A stretch of 64,000 nt of DNA from an uncultured Alphaproteobacteria bacterium (GTDB lineage: Bacteria > Pseudomonadota > Alphaproteobacteria > Micavibrionales > Micavibrionaceae): NCBI GenBank assembly GCA_963710165.1, contig CAVPYZ010000005.1, forward strand, positions 153,447 through 217,446, written 5' to 3'. The notes under the pieces are model-generated. The model searched no databases. It was given only the letters and a program-made list of their open reading frames with translations, and was not told the origin of the DNA. Below, one piece after another: positions 47,160 through 58,153 of this stretch. Within the stretch, counting starts at the first letter, position 1, and every line of letters starts with the position of its first letter. The position numbers and the translations under genes were made by a program.

Positions 47160-48488
47160 ATGAATTCTTCTCCCCTAGATAATACATCAAATAATAGCAG
47201 CCAAAAAATGCATCAGGATCAACTGGACGCCCTTGTCCGCCTTCATGAGCGTTTTTTGACGGGACGTATTGGCGGCCGCAGGGCGATGCTGCGTAATACC
47301 GATATTTCCGGTTTGAATTTGTCGGACACAGATTTGCGTCAGGCCGATTTTATGGGATGCGACATGAATAGCATGAATCTGACAGGGGTTAATTTTCAGG
47401 AAGCGTCACTATATGCCTGTAATTTAACAAATGCGAACCTGAATCGTGCCATTTTTGTACGCGCGGATTTACGCGGCGCACGTATTGAAAATGCCAATCT
47501 TGAAAACGCCGATCTGGAGGCAGCGGATTTACGCGTCGGCAGCGCAAATACAGACAATAATTTCGGCCCCAGCCAGAGCGTTAATTTCAGAGGGGCGAAC
47601 TTAAGCGGCGCAAAATTGATGGGATCACTAGCCAATAGTGCCGATTTTTCCGATGCCCTGATGGCGGGCGCAAAAGTCACGAATGCTGACCTGCGCGGCG
47701 CTTTATTTGAAGGGGCAGATTTATCCGATGCCGATCTTGACGGATGCCAGATGCAAGGCGCGAACATGAAGGCGGCAATTATGACAGGCGTCAAAATTGA
47801 TGCCAAAGCCCTGATGGGGATTGATATGAGCGAAGCCATCACTGATAACAATATCGGGCAATCCCTCTCGACACTTGATAAACCGTTGGAGCATTTGATT
47901 GAATTGCACCGTATGTGGGTGCAGACATCCGGCGGGGAGGGGGAGAGGCTTATTCTAAGCGGATATGACCTTCGTGAGTTAAAAACGCTCAAGCTTGAAA
48001 AAATGACAGCGATTGAGGCAAAGAACACCAAATTCTTTGGTCTGAATATGTATAAAATAGAAATGCAAAGCTCGATTCTGGACGGATCAGACTTTAGGCG
48101 TTGCGATCTGGAAGAGGCCGATATGCGCGGAAGTAGCTTGCGCGGGGTAAGAATGAGCCATGCAATCGTCAAAAATGCCAATTTTGACCCGCTATTATTC
48201 GGTGCAGAAGGAACGCATCAACGGTTCAGCCCGTGTCATTTTGATAATGCCATTCTGCGCTATGCCGATTTTTCAGGTTCACAGCTTAAAAGCGCTGTAT
48301 TTAAAGGCGCCGATCTGTCTTATGCTGACTTTTCAGGATGCGATCTAAGGGACGCTGACTTTACCGAGTCAAAAACAGTCGGAACCATATTCGATGATGC
48401 CAGAACCGAAGGCTCAAGTTTTGAGAAAGAAGGGGGAGGCGGCGGTAAAGCGTTCTCACTCGGCTCACTTAAAGAGGATGAAAAATAA
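47160..48488 (+). CDS. pentapeptide-repeat protein with two repeat blocks
   Basis: It has long runs of A(D/N)LxX pentads, for example ANLNRAIFVRADLRGARIENANLENADLEAADLR. The blocks are separated by a roughly 50-aa linker. Confidence 0.85.
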   Translation: MNSSPLDNTSNNSSQKMHQDQLDALVRLHERFLTGRIGGRRAMLRNTDISGLNLSDTDLRQADFMGCDMNSMNLTGVNFQEASLYACNLTNANLNRAIFVRADLRGARIENANLENADLEAADLRVGSANTDNNFGPSQSVNFRGANLSGAKLMGSLANSADFSDALMAGAKVTNADLRGALFEGADLSDADLDGCQMQGANMKAAIMTGVKIDAKALMGIDMSEAITDNNIGQSLSTLDKPLEHLIELHRMWVQTSGGEGERLILSGYDLRELKTLKLEKMTAIEAKNTKFFGLNMYKIEMQSSILDGSDFRRCDLEEADMRGSSLRGVRMSHAIVKNANFDPLLFGAEGTHQRFSPCHFDNAILRYADFSGSQLKSAVFKGADLSYADFSGCDLRDADFTESKTVGTIFDDARTEGSSFEKEGGGGGKAFSLGSLKEDEK

Positions 48489-48529
48489 ACCTATTTCATT
48501 TACTTTAGTAGTTATGATAAATAATCTTT

Positions 48530-48955
48530 ATGATTTTTGATCCTGATACGACGACAATACTTCTAGTAGATGATGATGCGTTCATACGTTTTTCACACGT
48601 CGATATGTTAGAAGATTTTGTGCATACAATTATCGAAGCGTCTGACGGCGAACAAGCACTTCAAATGCTTGAGGCGCATCCGGAAATCGATCTGATTATA
48701 TCAGACTGTCAAATGAAGAAAGTACACGGAGATGAGCTTTTTTGCCAGTTGAGACAAAACGGAGATATGCGTCCTTTCCTTATGATTTCAGGCGAAAGCG
48801 GAGAACGGCGAGAGCAAGTTGAACATATAATGCGTGAATTTGGTAATGCTGCTTTTGTTTCTAAACCTGTTGGATTAAGACAAGTTTTAGAATCCGTTGA
48901 AGCACTCACGCTCAATGCGCGACCCATGGATGAACCAATTCACGGTTTGGGATAA
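48530..48955 (+). CDS. single-domain response regulator (receiver only)
   Basis: It has LLVDDD, LIISDCQM (acceptor Asp) and FVSKP. It starts 41 nt after the pentapeptide-repeat gene. Confidence 0.8.
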   Translation: MIFDPDTTTILLVDDDAFIRFSHVDMLEDFVHTIIEASDGEQALQMLEAHPEIDLIISDCQMKKVHGDELFCQLRQNGDMRPFLMISGESGERREQVEHIMREFGNAAFVSKPVGLRQVLESVEALTLNARPMDEPIHGLG

Positions 48956-48964
48956 TTAGTAACC

Positions 48965-49894
48965 CTACAGCTTCTCAGTCAGCTCTGGTACTGCCTCGAA
49001 TAAATCTGCAACTAGTCCATAATCAGCGACTTGAAAGATCGGGGCTTCCTCGTCTTTATTGATCGCGACGATGTATTTTGAGTCCTTCATTCCCGCCAAA
49101 TGCTGGATAGCGCCGGAAATGCCGATAGCAATATATAATTCCGGCGCAACAACTTTACCTGTTTGACCGACTTGCCAGTCATTTGGAACATAGCCTGCAT
49201 CAACGGCGGCGCGTGACGCACCAACGGCAGCGCCCAATTTATCGGCGAGTTTTTCTATCATTTCAAAATCATCGGATGACCCGACACCACGCCCGCCTGA
49301 GACAACAATTTTGGCAGAAGTAAGTTCGGGGCGATCTGATTTTGCTTCCTGAAGGTTAACAAATTCCGACTTTATATCTTCGCCGGAGTAACTTATATCT
49401 TCGATTGCGGCACTGCCACCTTCTAATGCGACGGGATCGAAGCCTGTGGGGCGGACAGTAATTACTTTTTTGCTGTCGGTTGATTGCACCGTTGCAATGG
49501 CTTGCCCGCCATAGACAGGGCGTTTGAATGTATCGGCGCTTTCGACTGAAATAATATCGGATATTTGTTGAACATCCAGTTTTGCGGCGATGCGCGGTGT
49601 GATGTTTTTGCCAAAGGTAGAGGCGGGGGCAAGAATGACATCATACTGATCCGCCATTGGAACGATTAACGCCTCCATAGCTTCCGCCAGATGATGGTCT
49701 AGGGCTTCGTTTTCTGCTTTTATAACTTTTGCAACGCCCTGTATTTTTGCAGCATCGTCTGCCACGGTAGATATATTTTTACCGCTGACAATAACGTGAA
49801 TATCACCGCCTATTTTCTGTGCGGCGGCAACTACATTTGCCGTATTTGCGGCGAGGTCATCTCCGTGATGTTCTGCTATAACTAAAATATTCAT
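48965..49894 (-). CDS. etfA: electron transfer flavoprotein subunit alpha
   Basis: 309 aa with a C-terminal FAD-binding region ([23 protein letters not shown]). Confidence 0.93.
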   Translation of the reverse strand: MNILVIAEHHGDDLAANTANVVAAAQKIGGDIHVIVSGKNISTVADDAAKIQGVAKVIKAENEALDHHLAEAMEALIVPMADQYDVILAPASTFGKNITPRIAAKLDVQQISDIISVESADTFKRPVYGGQAIATVQSTDSKKVITVRPTGFDPVALEGGSAAIEDISYSGEDIKSEFVNLQEAKSDRPELTSAKIVVSGGRGVGSSDDFEMIEKLADKLGAAVGASRAAVDAGYVPNDWQVGQTGKVVAPELYIAIGISGAIQHLAGMKDSKYIVAINKDEEAPIFQVADYGLVADLFEAVPELTEKL

Positions 49895-50658
49895 GAGATC
49901 ACCTTTGCTTCATTTTTTAATTTATCTATTAATTCATCAACATCTGCCACTTTACCACCCCCTTGACGCACAGGCGGTTCAGAGACATCCAGAATTTTCA
50001 CTTTTGGGTCATAGCTTATTCCTAAATCTGAAGGCTCCATGATATCCAGTTGTTTTTTCTTGGCTTTCATGATGTTGGGAAGTGACGCATAACGCGGTTC
50101 ATTTAGACGTAAGTCAGTCGTGATAATGCCAGGGAGGGCAATCTTAATTGTTTCCAGACCGCCGTCAATTTCACGTGTTACAACGGCATGTCCATCTTCG
50201 ATCTTAAGCTCTGATGCAAATGTGGCTTGCGCCCAGCCCAGCAATGCAGACAGCATTTGCCCTGTCTGATTTGAGTCATCATCAATCGATTGTTTCCCCA
50301 TAATTACAATATCGGGAGATTCCTTTTCAATAATGGCTTTAAGCGTTTTTGCAACGGCAAGCGGCTCGACACCGCCCAAATCAATGGGCGCGTCTGTTTT
50401 AACCAAAATGCCGCGATCCGCGCCAATTGCCATAGCGGTTCTGAGTTGTTCCTGCGCCTTTTCAGGGCCAATTGTAACGGCGATCACTTCCGTGGCGGTT
50501 CCGGCTTCTTTCAAACGAACGGCTTCCTCAATGGCGATTTCATCGAACGGATTGACAGACATTTTGACATTCGCAAGCTCGATGCCCGAATTATCCGACT
50601 TAACGCGCACCTTCACGTTGTAATCAACAACTCTTTTGATAGGAACCAGTATTTTCAT
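49891..50658 (-). CDS. etfB: electron transfer flavoprotein subunit beta
   Basis: 255 aa starting [19 protein letters not shown]. It overlaps etfA by 4 nt. Confidence 0.93.
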   Translation of the reverse strand: MKILVPIKRVVDYNVKVRVKSDNSGIELANVKMSVNPFDEIAIEEAVRLKEAGTATEVIAVTIGPEKAQEQLRTAMAIGADRGILVKTDAPIDLGGVEPLAVAKTLKAIIEKESPDIVIMGKQSIDDDSNQTGQMLSALLGWAQATFASELKIEDGHAVVTREIDGGLETIKIALPGIITTDLRLNEPRYASLPNIMKAKKKQLDIMEPSDLGISYDPKVKILDVSEPPVRQGGGKVADVDELIDKLKNEAKVIS

Positions 50659-50675
50659 ATTTTCTATATCCGTAT

Positions 50676-50870
50676 TTAGTTTTTTGTAAGAACCGCAAGC
50701 GCCAAGAACAGCAATGCTATCCCCTGTAGTATAACACGTGCCGACATCAATTTGTTACCGTATTTTTGATTGAATTCGCCGCCCTTCATCATCACCGCAA
50801 TGCCGATTATAAGTACGATAAGGGTTGAGATCATGGCGACCGCCATTAAAATGATAAAAATGCTGTTCAT
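50676..50870 (-). CDS. twin-transmembrane-helix small protein (HIG1-like)
   Basis: 64 aa with two TM helices separated by [18 protein letters not shown]. Confidence 0.65.
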   Translation of the reverse strand: MNSIFIILMAVAMISTLIVLIIGIAVMMKGGEFNQKYGNKLMSARVILQGIALLFLALAVLTKN

Positions 50871-50924
50871 CTGTATAAAATGAGGTTCGAATCACCAGAT
50901 GTAAAGGGTTCGATTAATATTTTC

Positions 50925-51722
50925 TCAGGATTTAAGCTCTTGACTACGTTTCTTGGCGGCAAGAACAGCATTGCTTAAACACTCTTCAAATGCGCCGTTC
51001 ATTAGGACTTTTAGAGCAGCTTCAGTCGTACCACCGGGGGAGGTCACATTTTCACGCAGAGTTTGTGCGGAAGAACTTGATTCTGCCTCTGCCAGAGCCG
51101 CCGCACCGATGATTGTCTGACGGGCCAGTTTTTCAGATGTTGGGTCATCCAGTCCCGCTTTACGGGCGGCTGTTGTTAATGCCTCAATCATATAGAAAAG
51201 GTATGCAGGGCCGGAGCCGGATACGGCTGTGACGGCGTCCATATCATCTTCATGACGTAACCATAACGTTTCGCCGCACGGTTTGAACAGCATTTCGGTC
51301 GTATCCTTTTGATCTTGCGTGACGGCGTCATTTTGAATAAAGGCGCTCACGCCTTTTCCGATGGCGGCGGGTGTATTGGGCATAACGCGTATGATTGGCT
51401 GGTTTTGACCAAAGGCTTTTTCAAATGTTGTGATGCCTTTTCCTGCGGCGATAGAAAGAACCAATGTGTCGTTATGAACCGCGTCAATATAGTCATGAAT
51501 GACATCATTTAAAATCTGAGGTTTCACGGCAAAGACAATAATATCAAACGTTTTTTTGTAATTCAGCTTTGATATATGATTATAGCCTGCCTGTGGAAAG
51601 TCAGCGGGGAGTGGGTCAGGTTGAACCACGGTGATTGCATAGTTGATTTTATGTTTGAGCCAGCCGGAAAGTAATGCTTGCCCCATTTTCCCGCACCCGA
51701 TCAGAGCGAGAGACGGAAGCAT
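50925..51722 (-). CDS. proC: pyrroline-5-carboxylate reductase
   Basis: It has IGCGKMGQAL, VMPNTPA and SPGGTTEAAL. Confidence 0.92.
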   Translation of the reverse strand: MLPSLALIGCGKMGQALLSGWLKHKINYAITVVQPDPLPADFPQAGYNHISKLNYKKTFDIIVFAVKPQILNDVIHDYIDAVHNDTLVLSIAAGKGITTFEKAFGQNQPIIRVMPNTPAAIGKGVSAFIQNDAVTQDQKDTTEMLFKPCGETLWLRHEDDMDAVTAVSGSGPAYLFYMIEALTTAARKAGLDDPTSEKLARQTIIGAAALAEAESSSSAQTLRENVTSPGGTTEAALKVLMNGAFEECLSNAVLAAKKRSQELKS

Positions 51723-52240
51723 CAGGCATTGCCCTCGGCAGGCATAATCAGGAGTGAGACAAGTTTTTTGTCCGACTTACAAACGTCTTTATTCAAAAAA
51801 TACTTGATGACGGTAAAGTTTTCTTCGCAATCCTTTAGAATACTTTCCACAACACTTGCCAGATAACCGCGGTCAATGATTGATTTATCGCTCTCATCTT
51901 CCCCTGCAAGCAAGCTATATTTATGAACAAGTTTTTTTGTATCGTGATTTACAAAGAAAAATCCGATATCCATGCTCTGGCTTAGTTCATTGGCTACCAG
52001 AATGGCTTCGCCCATTTTCCCTTCAGGGATTTCTTCATCAATTTCACAAGATATTTTTAGTAAACTGGAATTTTCATTCCATGTAAAACACAGCGTGTAA
52101 TCGCAAGAGCGTCCGTTAATGTCCAGAATTAACTCTTCATTGGTCAAACGATTATAAACCCAGTCATTCGCAATCAATAAATCCTCGACAGAATCGAGGG
52201 GATTTAAACGAAATGACGGGGCGTAGGAGTGTTTCTGCAT
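51722..52240 (-). CDS. YbjN-domain protein
   Basis: 172 aa. The call rests on position between ubiK and proC and a general YbjN-like pattern, so motif support is weak. Confidence 0.55.
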   Translation of the reverse strand: MQKHSYAPSFRLNPLDSVEDLLIANDWVYNRLTNEELILDINGRSCDYTLCFTWNENSSLLKISCEIDEEIPEGKMGEAILVANELSQSMDIGFFFVNHDTKKLVHKYSLLAGEDESDKSIIDRGYLASVVESILKDCEENFTVIKYFLNKDVCKSDKKLVSLLIMPAEGNA

Positions 52241-52255
52241 AATAGGTTTCTTATG

Positions 52256-52525
52256 TTACTTCTTTTTATCGATCTTTTTAGGGGGAGATTTCTTTGTTTC
52301 CAGTGCGTTTAAACGCTTTTCAAACTCTGCCTGTTTTTGTCTGGCTTCCGATAGCATCGCTTCCAGTTTTTCAAATTCCTCACGCGGGACAAGATCCATG
52401 CGATCAGCGACGTCATCTATATGAGAGCGCAAACCGTCTTTGACCTGAGCGCGAGCTGAGCTGACAAAGCTCATCGTACCGCCGGCGACTTTCGCCATAT
52501 CATCAAGTATGCGTGATGGTGACAT
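52256..52525 (-). CDS. ubiK: UbiK/BMFP-family accessory factor
   Basis: 89 aa with DDMAKVAGG..., LVPREEFE and a coiled-coil tail. Confidence 0.7.
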   Translation of the reverse strand: MSPSRILDDMAKVAGGTMSFVSSARAQVKDGLRSHIDDVADRMDLVPREEFEKLEAMLSEARQKQAEFEKRLNALETKKSPPKKIDKKK

Positions 52526-52692
52526 TCATTTCCCTTAAAAGTATGTAAGGGTCTTAGCATGAAGTTTTCGAGTTCGAGCAAGAAGCATCTGAGACTCCAT
52601 CCACAATAAAAGTGGATAACTTTTGCGGACTTATTTTAGATTTTGAAAAAGGTATGATAAACCCATAAGAAATAAAAATTAGGACTCAAAAA

Positions 52693-53691
52693 ATGATTAT
52701 TATTACGGGCGGCGCAGGTTTCATTGGATCAAATCTGGTTGCGGCATTGGAACATACAACAGATGAGGATCTGGTTATCTGTGACCGGCTAGGTGATGAT
52801 GATAAGTGGCGCAATATTTCGAAAAGAAACCTAAGAGATATTATTAAGCCCGAAAATCTTCTGGAGTATATGAACGCGCATCGCGATCAGATTTCGGTTA
52901 TCTTTCATATGGGCGCGATTGCTTCCAGTACGGAAAAGAACGCCGATTTGGTTATTGAGGAGAATTTTGCTTTTTCGCGTAAGTTATGGCAATGGTGCGC
53001 CGAGAATGATGTGCGCTTTATTTATGCGTCTTCCGCCTCGACCTACGGTAACGGCGAAGAAGGATTTCATGATGCAGAAGACATGGACGCGCTGTCCAAA
53101 CTTCATCCGCTTAACCCGTATGGATGGTCGAAACATTTATTTGATAAGCGCGTTGTTAGCTTGTCTAATGGTCCTCATAAGGGAAAAGAGAAGCTGCCGC
53201 CGCAGTGGGTTGGTTTGAAATTCTTTAATGCCTATGGCCCGAATGAATATCATAAAGGGGAGCAGATGAGCGTACTGTGCAAGCTTTATCCGCAAGTTTT
53301 AGCAGGTGCAGCCGCCAGATTATTCAAATCGCATAATCCTGAATATGAAGATGGCGGACAATTACGCGACTTCATCTGGGTGGGGGATTGCGTTGATGTC
53401 ATGATGTGGTTCTATCAAAACGCCGATAAAAACGGCCTTTATAATTTAGGGTCAGGTGAAGCACGCAGTTTTAAAGATTTGGCGGAGGCAACGTTCTCTG
53501 CGGCAAATCTGGAGCCAAAAATAACCTATATCGATATGCCGCAAGAACTGCGCGGGAAATACCAATATTTTACCGAAGCTGACGTTACAAAATTGCGTAA
53601 GGCTGGTTATGATAAAGAATTCACCTCGTTGGAAGACGGCGTAAAAAAATATGTCAGCGACTATCTATCTCAAACTGATAGTTACAGATAA
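52693..53691 (+). CDS. hldD: ADP-glyceromanno-heptose 6-epimerase
   Basis: It has MIIITGGAGFIGSNL, ASSASTYG, YGWSK and C-terminal YQYFTEADVTKLRKAGYDKEF. Confidence 0.9.
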   Translation: MIIITGGAGFIGSNLVAALEHTTDEDLVICDRLGDDDKWRNISKRNLRDIIKPENLLEYMNAHRDQISVIFHMGAIASSTEKNADLVIEENFAFSRKLWQWCAENDVRFIYASSASTYGNGEEGFHDAEDMDALSKLHPLNPYGWSKHLFDKRVVSLSNGPHKGKEKLPPQWVGLKFFNAYGPNEYHKGEQMSVLCKLYPQVLAGAAARLFKSHNPEYEDGGQLRDFIWVGDCVDVMMWFYQNADKNGLYNLGSGEARSFKDLAEATFSAANLEPKITYIDMPQELRGKYQYFTEADVTKLRKAGYDKEFTSLEDGVKKYVSDYLSQTDSYR

Positions 53692-53694
53692 CTG

Positions 53695-54498
53695 ATGGAA
53701 TTTCCTGTGATCGATCCCGTTGCGCTTCAATTGGGGCCTATTGCCATTCGTTGGTACGCGCTGGCGTATCTGGCGGGTTTTCTTTTGGGATGGGCTTATG
53801 CTTTGCGCCTATCGCATGAAAACGGTAAGGGGCGTCCGAGTAAAGCAGATATTGATGATTTTATGGTCTGGGCCATTCCTGCCGTGATTATTGGGGGGCG
53901 TGTTGGCTACGTACTTTTTTATAATCTGGAATATTATGCGTCCTATCCCTTGGAGGCGTTAAAGGTTTGGCAAGGGGGAATGTCTTTTCACGGGGGTATT
54001 TTAGGAATGGCGGTCGCGATCGTTCTTTATGCGTGGAAACATCAATTTTTCGTGTTGAAATTAAGCGATATTATCGCATGCGTCGCGCCGATCGGCTTGT
54101 TATTAGGACGTGTCGCAAATTTCATTAATGCGGAATTATATGGACGTGTCACAGATTTACCCCTTGGCATGGTTTTCCCCGGAACCGACGGGCAACCACG
54201 CCATCCCTCGCAATTATATGAAGCGTTGTTAGAGGGGGTAGTCATCTTTGTCATTTTATTCATTATGACCAAGAAAAATATTCATCAAAAAATACCGGGC
54301 ATTTTAACCGCGACCTTCCTTGTTTTATATGGCACATTCCGTTTCTTCATTGAGTATGTTCGTGAACCGGATCAACATCTTGGATTATTTTTCGAATATA
54401 TATCTATGGGGCAAATCCTGTGTTTACCAATGATTGCCGCAGGTATCTTTATCTATTTCTACGCAATATGGCATCAGAAGCATGTGTCCGCATCATAG
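53695..54498 (+). CDS. lgt: prolipoprotein diacylglyceryl transferase
   Basis: It has IRWYALAYL, GMSFHGG, GRVANFINAELYGR and HPSQLYEA. Confidence 0.93.
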   Translation: MEFPVIDPVALQLGPIAIRWYALAYLAGFLLGWAYALRLSHENGKGRPSKADIDDFMVWAIPAVIIGGRVGYVLFYNLEYYASYPLEALKVWQGGMSFHGGILGMAVAIVLYAWKHQFFVLKLSDIIACVAPIGLLLGRVANFINAELYGRVTDLPLGMVFPGTDGQPRHPSQLYEALLEGVVIFVILFIMTKKNIHQKIPGILTATFLVLYGTFRFFIEYVREPDQHLGLFFEYISMGQILCLPMIAAGIFIYFYAIWHQKHVSAS

Positions 54499-55540
54499 TG
54501 TGATAGATCAAATCAGATCAAAGGGCGCAGTGCCGCTTGATCAATATATGGCGTTATGTAATCAGAAATATTATAATTCAAAAGACCCTTTGGGTACGTC
54601 AGGTGATTTTATAACCGCACCTGAAATCAGTCAGATATTTGGAGAAATCATCGCGGCGTGGCTTGTGGATATGATGGGTCATTTCGGGTCAGAGCATAAA
54701 GTCAAAATTCTGGAATGCGGTCCGGGTCGTGGAACACTCATGTCAGATATTTTGAGGATTTTAAGTAAAATCAAAGCGTTAAGTGGTAAGTATGAGGTAA
54801 TTTTACTAGAAAATAGTGACTCTCTAACACAGGTTCAAAGAAGTTCTTTGAAGGACTACGATGTGACATGGGTTAAAAATATACAAGACGTATCCACGGT
54901 CATATCGACAGGACCTCTTTTCATATTAGGAAACGAATTTTTGGATGCCCTGCCGATTAAACAGTTTGTTTATAAAGGAGGAGGGTGGTTTGAGCGTTAT
55001 GTCGAAGTAAAAGATAATGAAACAATGTCCTTTAAGTTGATGCCAACAGATTTTGCCCCCCCTCTCAAAAATTCGCAAGAGGGCGATATATTTGAAAACA
55101 GCCCTGCAATAAAAGATTTTATCAGAACGTCATCATCTCTGGTTCAACATCACGGTGGCGGTATGTTATGGATAGATTATGGCTATCATCAAACGGCTTT
55201 TGGCGACACGTTTCAGGCATTGAAGGATCATAAATACACATCTCCCCTAGAAAATGCAGGACAGTCAGACTTAACCGCACATATTAATTTTGAAACCGTT
55301 GGTGATATTGCAAAAGATCATCAGCTCCATGTTTACGGCCCGACCACGCAAGGTCAATTTTTAAATGAATGCGGCATATTTGCACGTGCAGACATGCTCA
55401 AAAAAGCTGCAACCGAAAAACAGAGGAAAGATATTGATGTCGCGCTGCATCGTTTGACCGCGCCGGAGCAAATGGGTACGTTATTTAAAGTAATTGCTGC
55501 AACGTCAAAACAATTACCACTTGCAGGGTTCGGAGCTTAA
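54482..55540 (+). CDS. DUF185 / MidA (NDUFAF7-like) SAM-dependent methyltransferase
   Basis: It has DFITAPEISQIFGE, ECGPGRGTL and NEFLDALP. The ATG at 54482 overlaps lgt by 17 nt. Confidence 0.75.
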   Translation: MCPHHSVIDQIRSKGAVPLDQYMALCNQKYYNSKDPLGTSGDFITAPEISQIFGEIIAAWLVDMMGHFGSEHKVKILECGPGRGTLMSDILRILSKIKALSGKYEVILLENSDSLTQVQRSSLKDYDVTWVKNIQDVSTVISTGPLFILGNEFLDALPIKQFVYKGGGWFERYVEVKDNETMSFKLMPTDFAPPLKNSQEGDIFENSPAIKDFIRTSSSLVQHHGGGMLWIDYGYHQTAFGDTFQALKDHKYTSPLENAGQSDLTAHINFETVGDIAKDHQLHVYGPTTQGQFLNECGIFARADMLKKAATEKQRKDIDVALHRLTAPEQMGTLFKVIAATSKQLPLAGFGA

Positions 55541-55543
55541 AAG

Positions 55544-56317
55544 ATGGCAAAATATTTTAAAGATGACGCGTTTTCAGATGTTAATCCAAGGGTCATTCAT
55601 GGTTTTTTCGGGTCACAGGGCGGCGTTAGCAAGGGATTATATTCATCACTAAACTGTGGTCTGGGAAGCGATGACCACCCAGCCAATGTGCGCACAAACC
55701 GTGTTGCGGCACTTAAATCATTAGCGCTTGAAAAAACGCGCCTGCATAATGTTCATCAAATCCACAGCAATCAATGCGTTCTTGTCACAAATACATCGCA
55801 GGAACCGCAAAAAGCAGACGCGCTTGTCAGCGATATTGCCGGACATTCGATCAGCATTCTAACGGCGGATTGCACACCGGTGTTATTTCAGGGGCAAAAA
55901 CCAGACGGCGCGTCTGTCATTGGCGCGGCACATGCGGGATGGAAAGGCGCCGTATCGGGTGTTTTAGAAAATACCATTAAAAAAATGGTAACGCAGGGCG
56001 CGGTTTTACAGACAATCACGGCGGTTATAGGGCCCACAATTGGGCCAGAGTTTTATGAAGTAGGCGCAGAATTCAGAGAAAATTTTATGCAGAAAGACGC
56101 CGCTTATGCCCAATTTTTTCACAGTCAAAAAGAAAGCATCTTCTTCAATCTGCCTGCATTTTGTAAAAACCGATTGGAAAAAGCAGGTGTTTCAAAAGTG
56201 AATAATAAAAATCTGGATACGTTCTTTCATGAAGAAGATTTTTTCAGCTATCGCCGTTCAACGCACAGAAAAGATAAAGATTACGGACGTCAAATATCTC
56301 TAATCGCGATCGTATAA
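55544..56317 (+). CDS. pgeF: YfiH/PgeF (DUF152, laccase-domain) protein
   Basis: It has HQIHSN, TADCTPVL, AHAGWKG and SYRR. Confidence 0.85.
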   Translation: MAKYFKDDAFSDVNPRVIHGFFGSQGGVSKGLYSSLNCGLGSDDHPANVRTNRVAALKSLALEKTRLHNVHQIHSNQCVLVTNTSQEPQKADALVSDIAGHSISILTADCTPVLFQGQKPDGASVIGAAHAGWKGAVSGVLENTIKKMVTQGAVLQTITAVIGPTIGPEFYEVGAEFRENFMQKDAAYAQFFHSQKESIFFNLPAFCKNRLEKAGVSKVNNKNLDTFFHEEDFFSYRRSTHRKDKDYGRQISLIAIV

Positions 56318-56390
56318 ATTTGATAAAAACCTTGATTTACATCAGCCGCTTTTTTAAGGTGCAAAATATAAAACAAACGGGCGGGCAATT

Positions 56391-57323
56391 ATGAAACTTA
56401 TTTCTGGAACTTCTAATCCGGCACTGGCCGAGGCCATCGCAAATTATGCAAAAGTGCCGCTGACTGAAGCCAATATCAAACGTTTCGCCGACAAAGAAGT
56501 ATTCGTTGAAATTCAGGAAGACATCCGTGGAGAGGATGTCTTTTTTATTCAGTCCACTTCCTATCCCGCCAATGTCAACATGATGGAGTTGCTGATTGCG
56601 CTTGATGCGATTAAACGCGCCTCTGCCAGACGAGTGACGGCGGTTATTCCATATTTTGGATATGCTCGCCAAGATCGTAAAACAGGTTCACGGACGCCTA
56701 TCACAGCGAAACTGGTCGCGAATCTGATTACAACGGCGGGGACAGACCGCGTTTTGACAATGGAGCTGCATGCGGGTCAAATTCAAGGGTTTTTTGATAT
56801 TCCTGTTGATAATTTACAAGTGGGCCCCATTTTTAAACCCGATATAGACAAGAAATTCAAAGACAGACAGCTATGTGTTGTATCGCCCGATGTTGGCGGT
56901 GTTGTACGCGCACGCGCCTTTGCGAAACGTATTGACGGCGATCTGGCGATTATCGATAAGCGTCGCGAAAAAGCGGGCGAGTCAGAAGTTATGCACGTGA
57001 TCGGTAATGTCGAGGGGCAAACGTGTATTTTAGTTGATGACATGGTGGATAGTGGCGGCACGCTTTGTAACGCGGCAAATGCACTGAAAGCCAAAGGGGC
57101 AAAAGAGGTTCATGCCTATTGCGTACATGGCGTTCTCTCCAGCAATGCCGAGGAAAAAATTATGCAATCCGAGCTGGAAAGTTTGGTTATTACCGACAGT
57201 ATAACGGCGACGGAACAAACAAAATCATGCCCCAAAATTATCCAACTGAGCGTTGCGAATTTAATCGGGGAAGCAATCTTACGGACGCATCAGGAAAAAT
57301 CGATTTCCGAGTTGTTTAAATAA
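56391..57323 (+). CDS. prs: ribose-phosphate pyrophosphokinase
   Basis: It has [25 protein letters not shown] and [10 protein letters not shown]. Confidence 0.96.
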   Translation: MKLISGTSNPALAEAIANYAKVPLTEANIKRFADKEVFVEIQEDIRGEDVFFIQSTSYPANVNMMELLIALDAIKRASARRVTAVIPYFGYARQDRKTGSRTPITAKLVANLITTAGTDRVLTMELHAGQIQGFFDIPVDNLQVGPIFKPDIDKKFKDRQLCVVSPDVGGVVRARAFAKRIDGDLAIIDKRREKAGESEVMHVIGNVEGQTCILVDDMVDSGGTLCNAANALKAKGAKEVHAYCVHGVLSSNAEEKIMQSELESLVITDSITATEQTKSCPKIIQLSVANLIGEAILRTHQEKSISELFK

Positions 57324-57432
57324 TTCGCATCAATGCTTGCATTTCTGTTTTATTTTCTCTAATAATCACGTCTTGACCAGCACCCCTGGAGGCTGGCGTA
57401 ATTTAACGAACTAAACTTTTGGAGAAAACATT

Positions 57433-58137
57433 ATGGCTACACAACATATCAAGTTTTCCGCCGAGAAGCGTGACAAAGCCGGTAAGGGGGTCGCTCGCGC
57501 TCTACGTCGTGAAAACAAAATTCCTGCAGTAATTTACGGAGCCGGCAAAGAGCCTGTTTCCATCACTATTTCTGCCAAGGAAGCAAATCTGGAATATAAT
57601 AAGGGACGCATGTTTACAACATTAACCGATGTTGATGTTGATGGTGATCAGCACCAGACACTTGCACGTGATGTGCAATTGCACCCTGTTAAAGATACGG
57701 TTCAACATATTGATTTTCTGCGCGTGAGCTCACGTACAAAAATTAACGTTGAGATACCTGTTAACTTTATCAACGAAGAAAGCGCACCTTACGCCAATGA
57801 AGGCGGCATTTTGAACGTCGTGCGTTATGAAATCGGTCTTACATGCCAGGCAACAAACATTCCTGAAGAAATTGATGTTGATCTGTCCGAATGTAATATC
57901 GGTGATTCAATCAAGCTGAGCGAATTGAAGCTGCCTGAAGGTACAAAATCTGCGATTGATCGTGATTTAACGATTGCAACAATTGCCGCGCCGAAGACTG
58001 CAGAAGAGGAAGAAGCAGAAGAAGCCGCAGCAGATGCAGACATTGAAGCAGGCACAGAAACTGACGAAGATGCAGCCGCAGAAGGCGATGACGCAAAAGC
58101 AGAAGAGTCTTCAGAAGAAAAGAAATCTGAAGAGTAA
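57433..58137 (+). CDS. rplY: 50S ribosomal protein L25 / general stress protein Ctc
   Basis: It has RDKAGKGVARALRRENKIPAVIYG and a long acidic C-terminal tail. Confidence 0.93.
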   Translation: MATQHIKFSAEKRDKAGKGVARALRRENKIPAVIYGAGKEPVSITISAKEANLEYNKGRMFTTLTDVDVDGDQHQTLARDVQLHPVKDTVQHIDFLRVSSRTKINVEIPVNFINEESAPYANEGGILNVVRYEIGLTCQATNIPEEIDVDLSECNIGDSIKLSELKLPEGTKSAIDRDLTIATIAAPKTAEEEEAEEAAADADIEAGTETDEDAAAEGDDAKAEESSEEKKSEE

Positions 58138-58153
58138 AGAATAAGATTTAACG

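Noticed and set aside
50884-50915. Two GGTTCGA(A/T)T motifs resembling tRNA T-arms, possibly a tRNA fragment or att remnant.
   Set aside because: Flanking bases do not form a T-stem or an acceptor stem. There is no similarity to the 3' end of the tRNA-Trp in the window, and no integrase is nearby.
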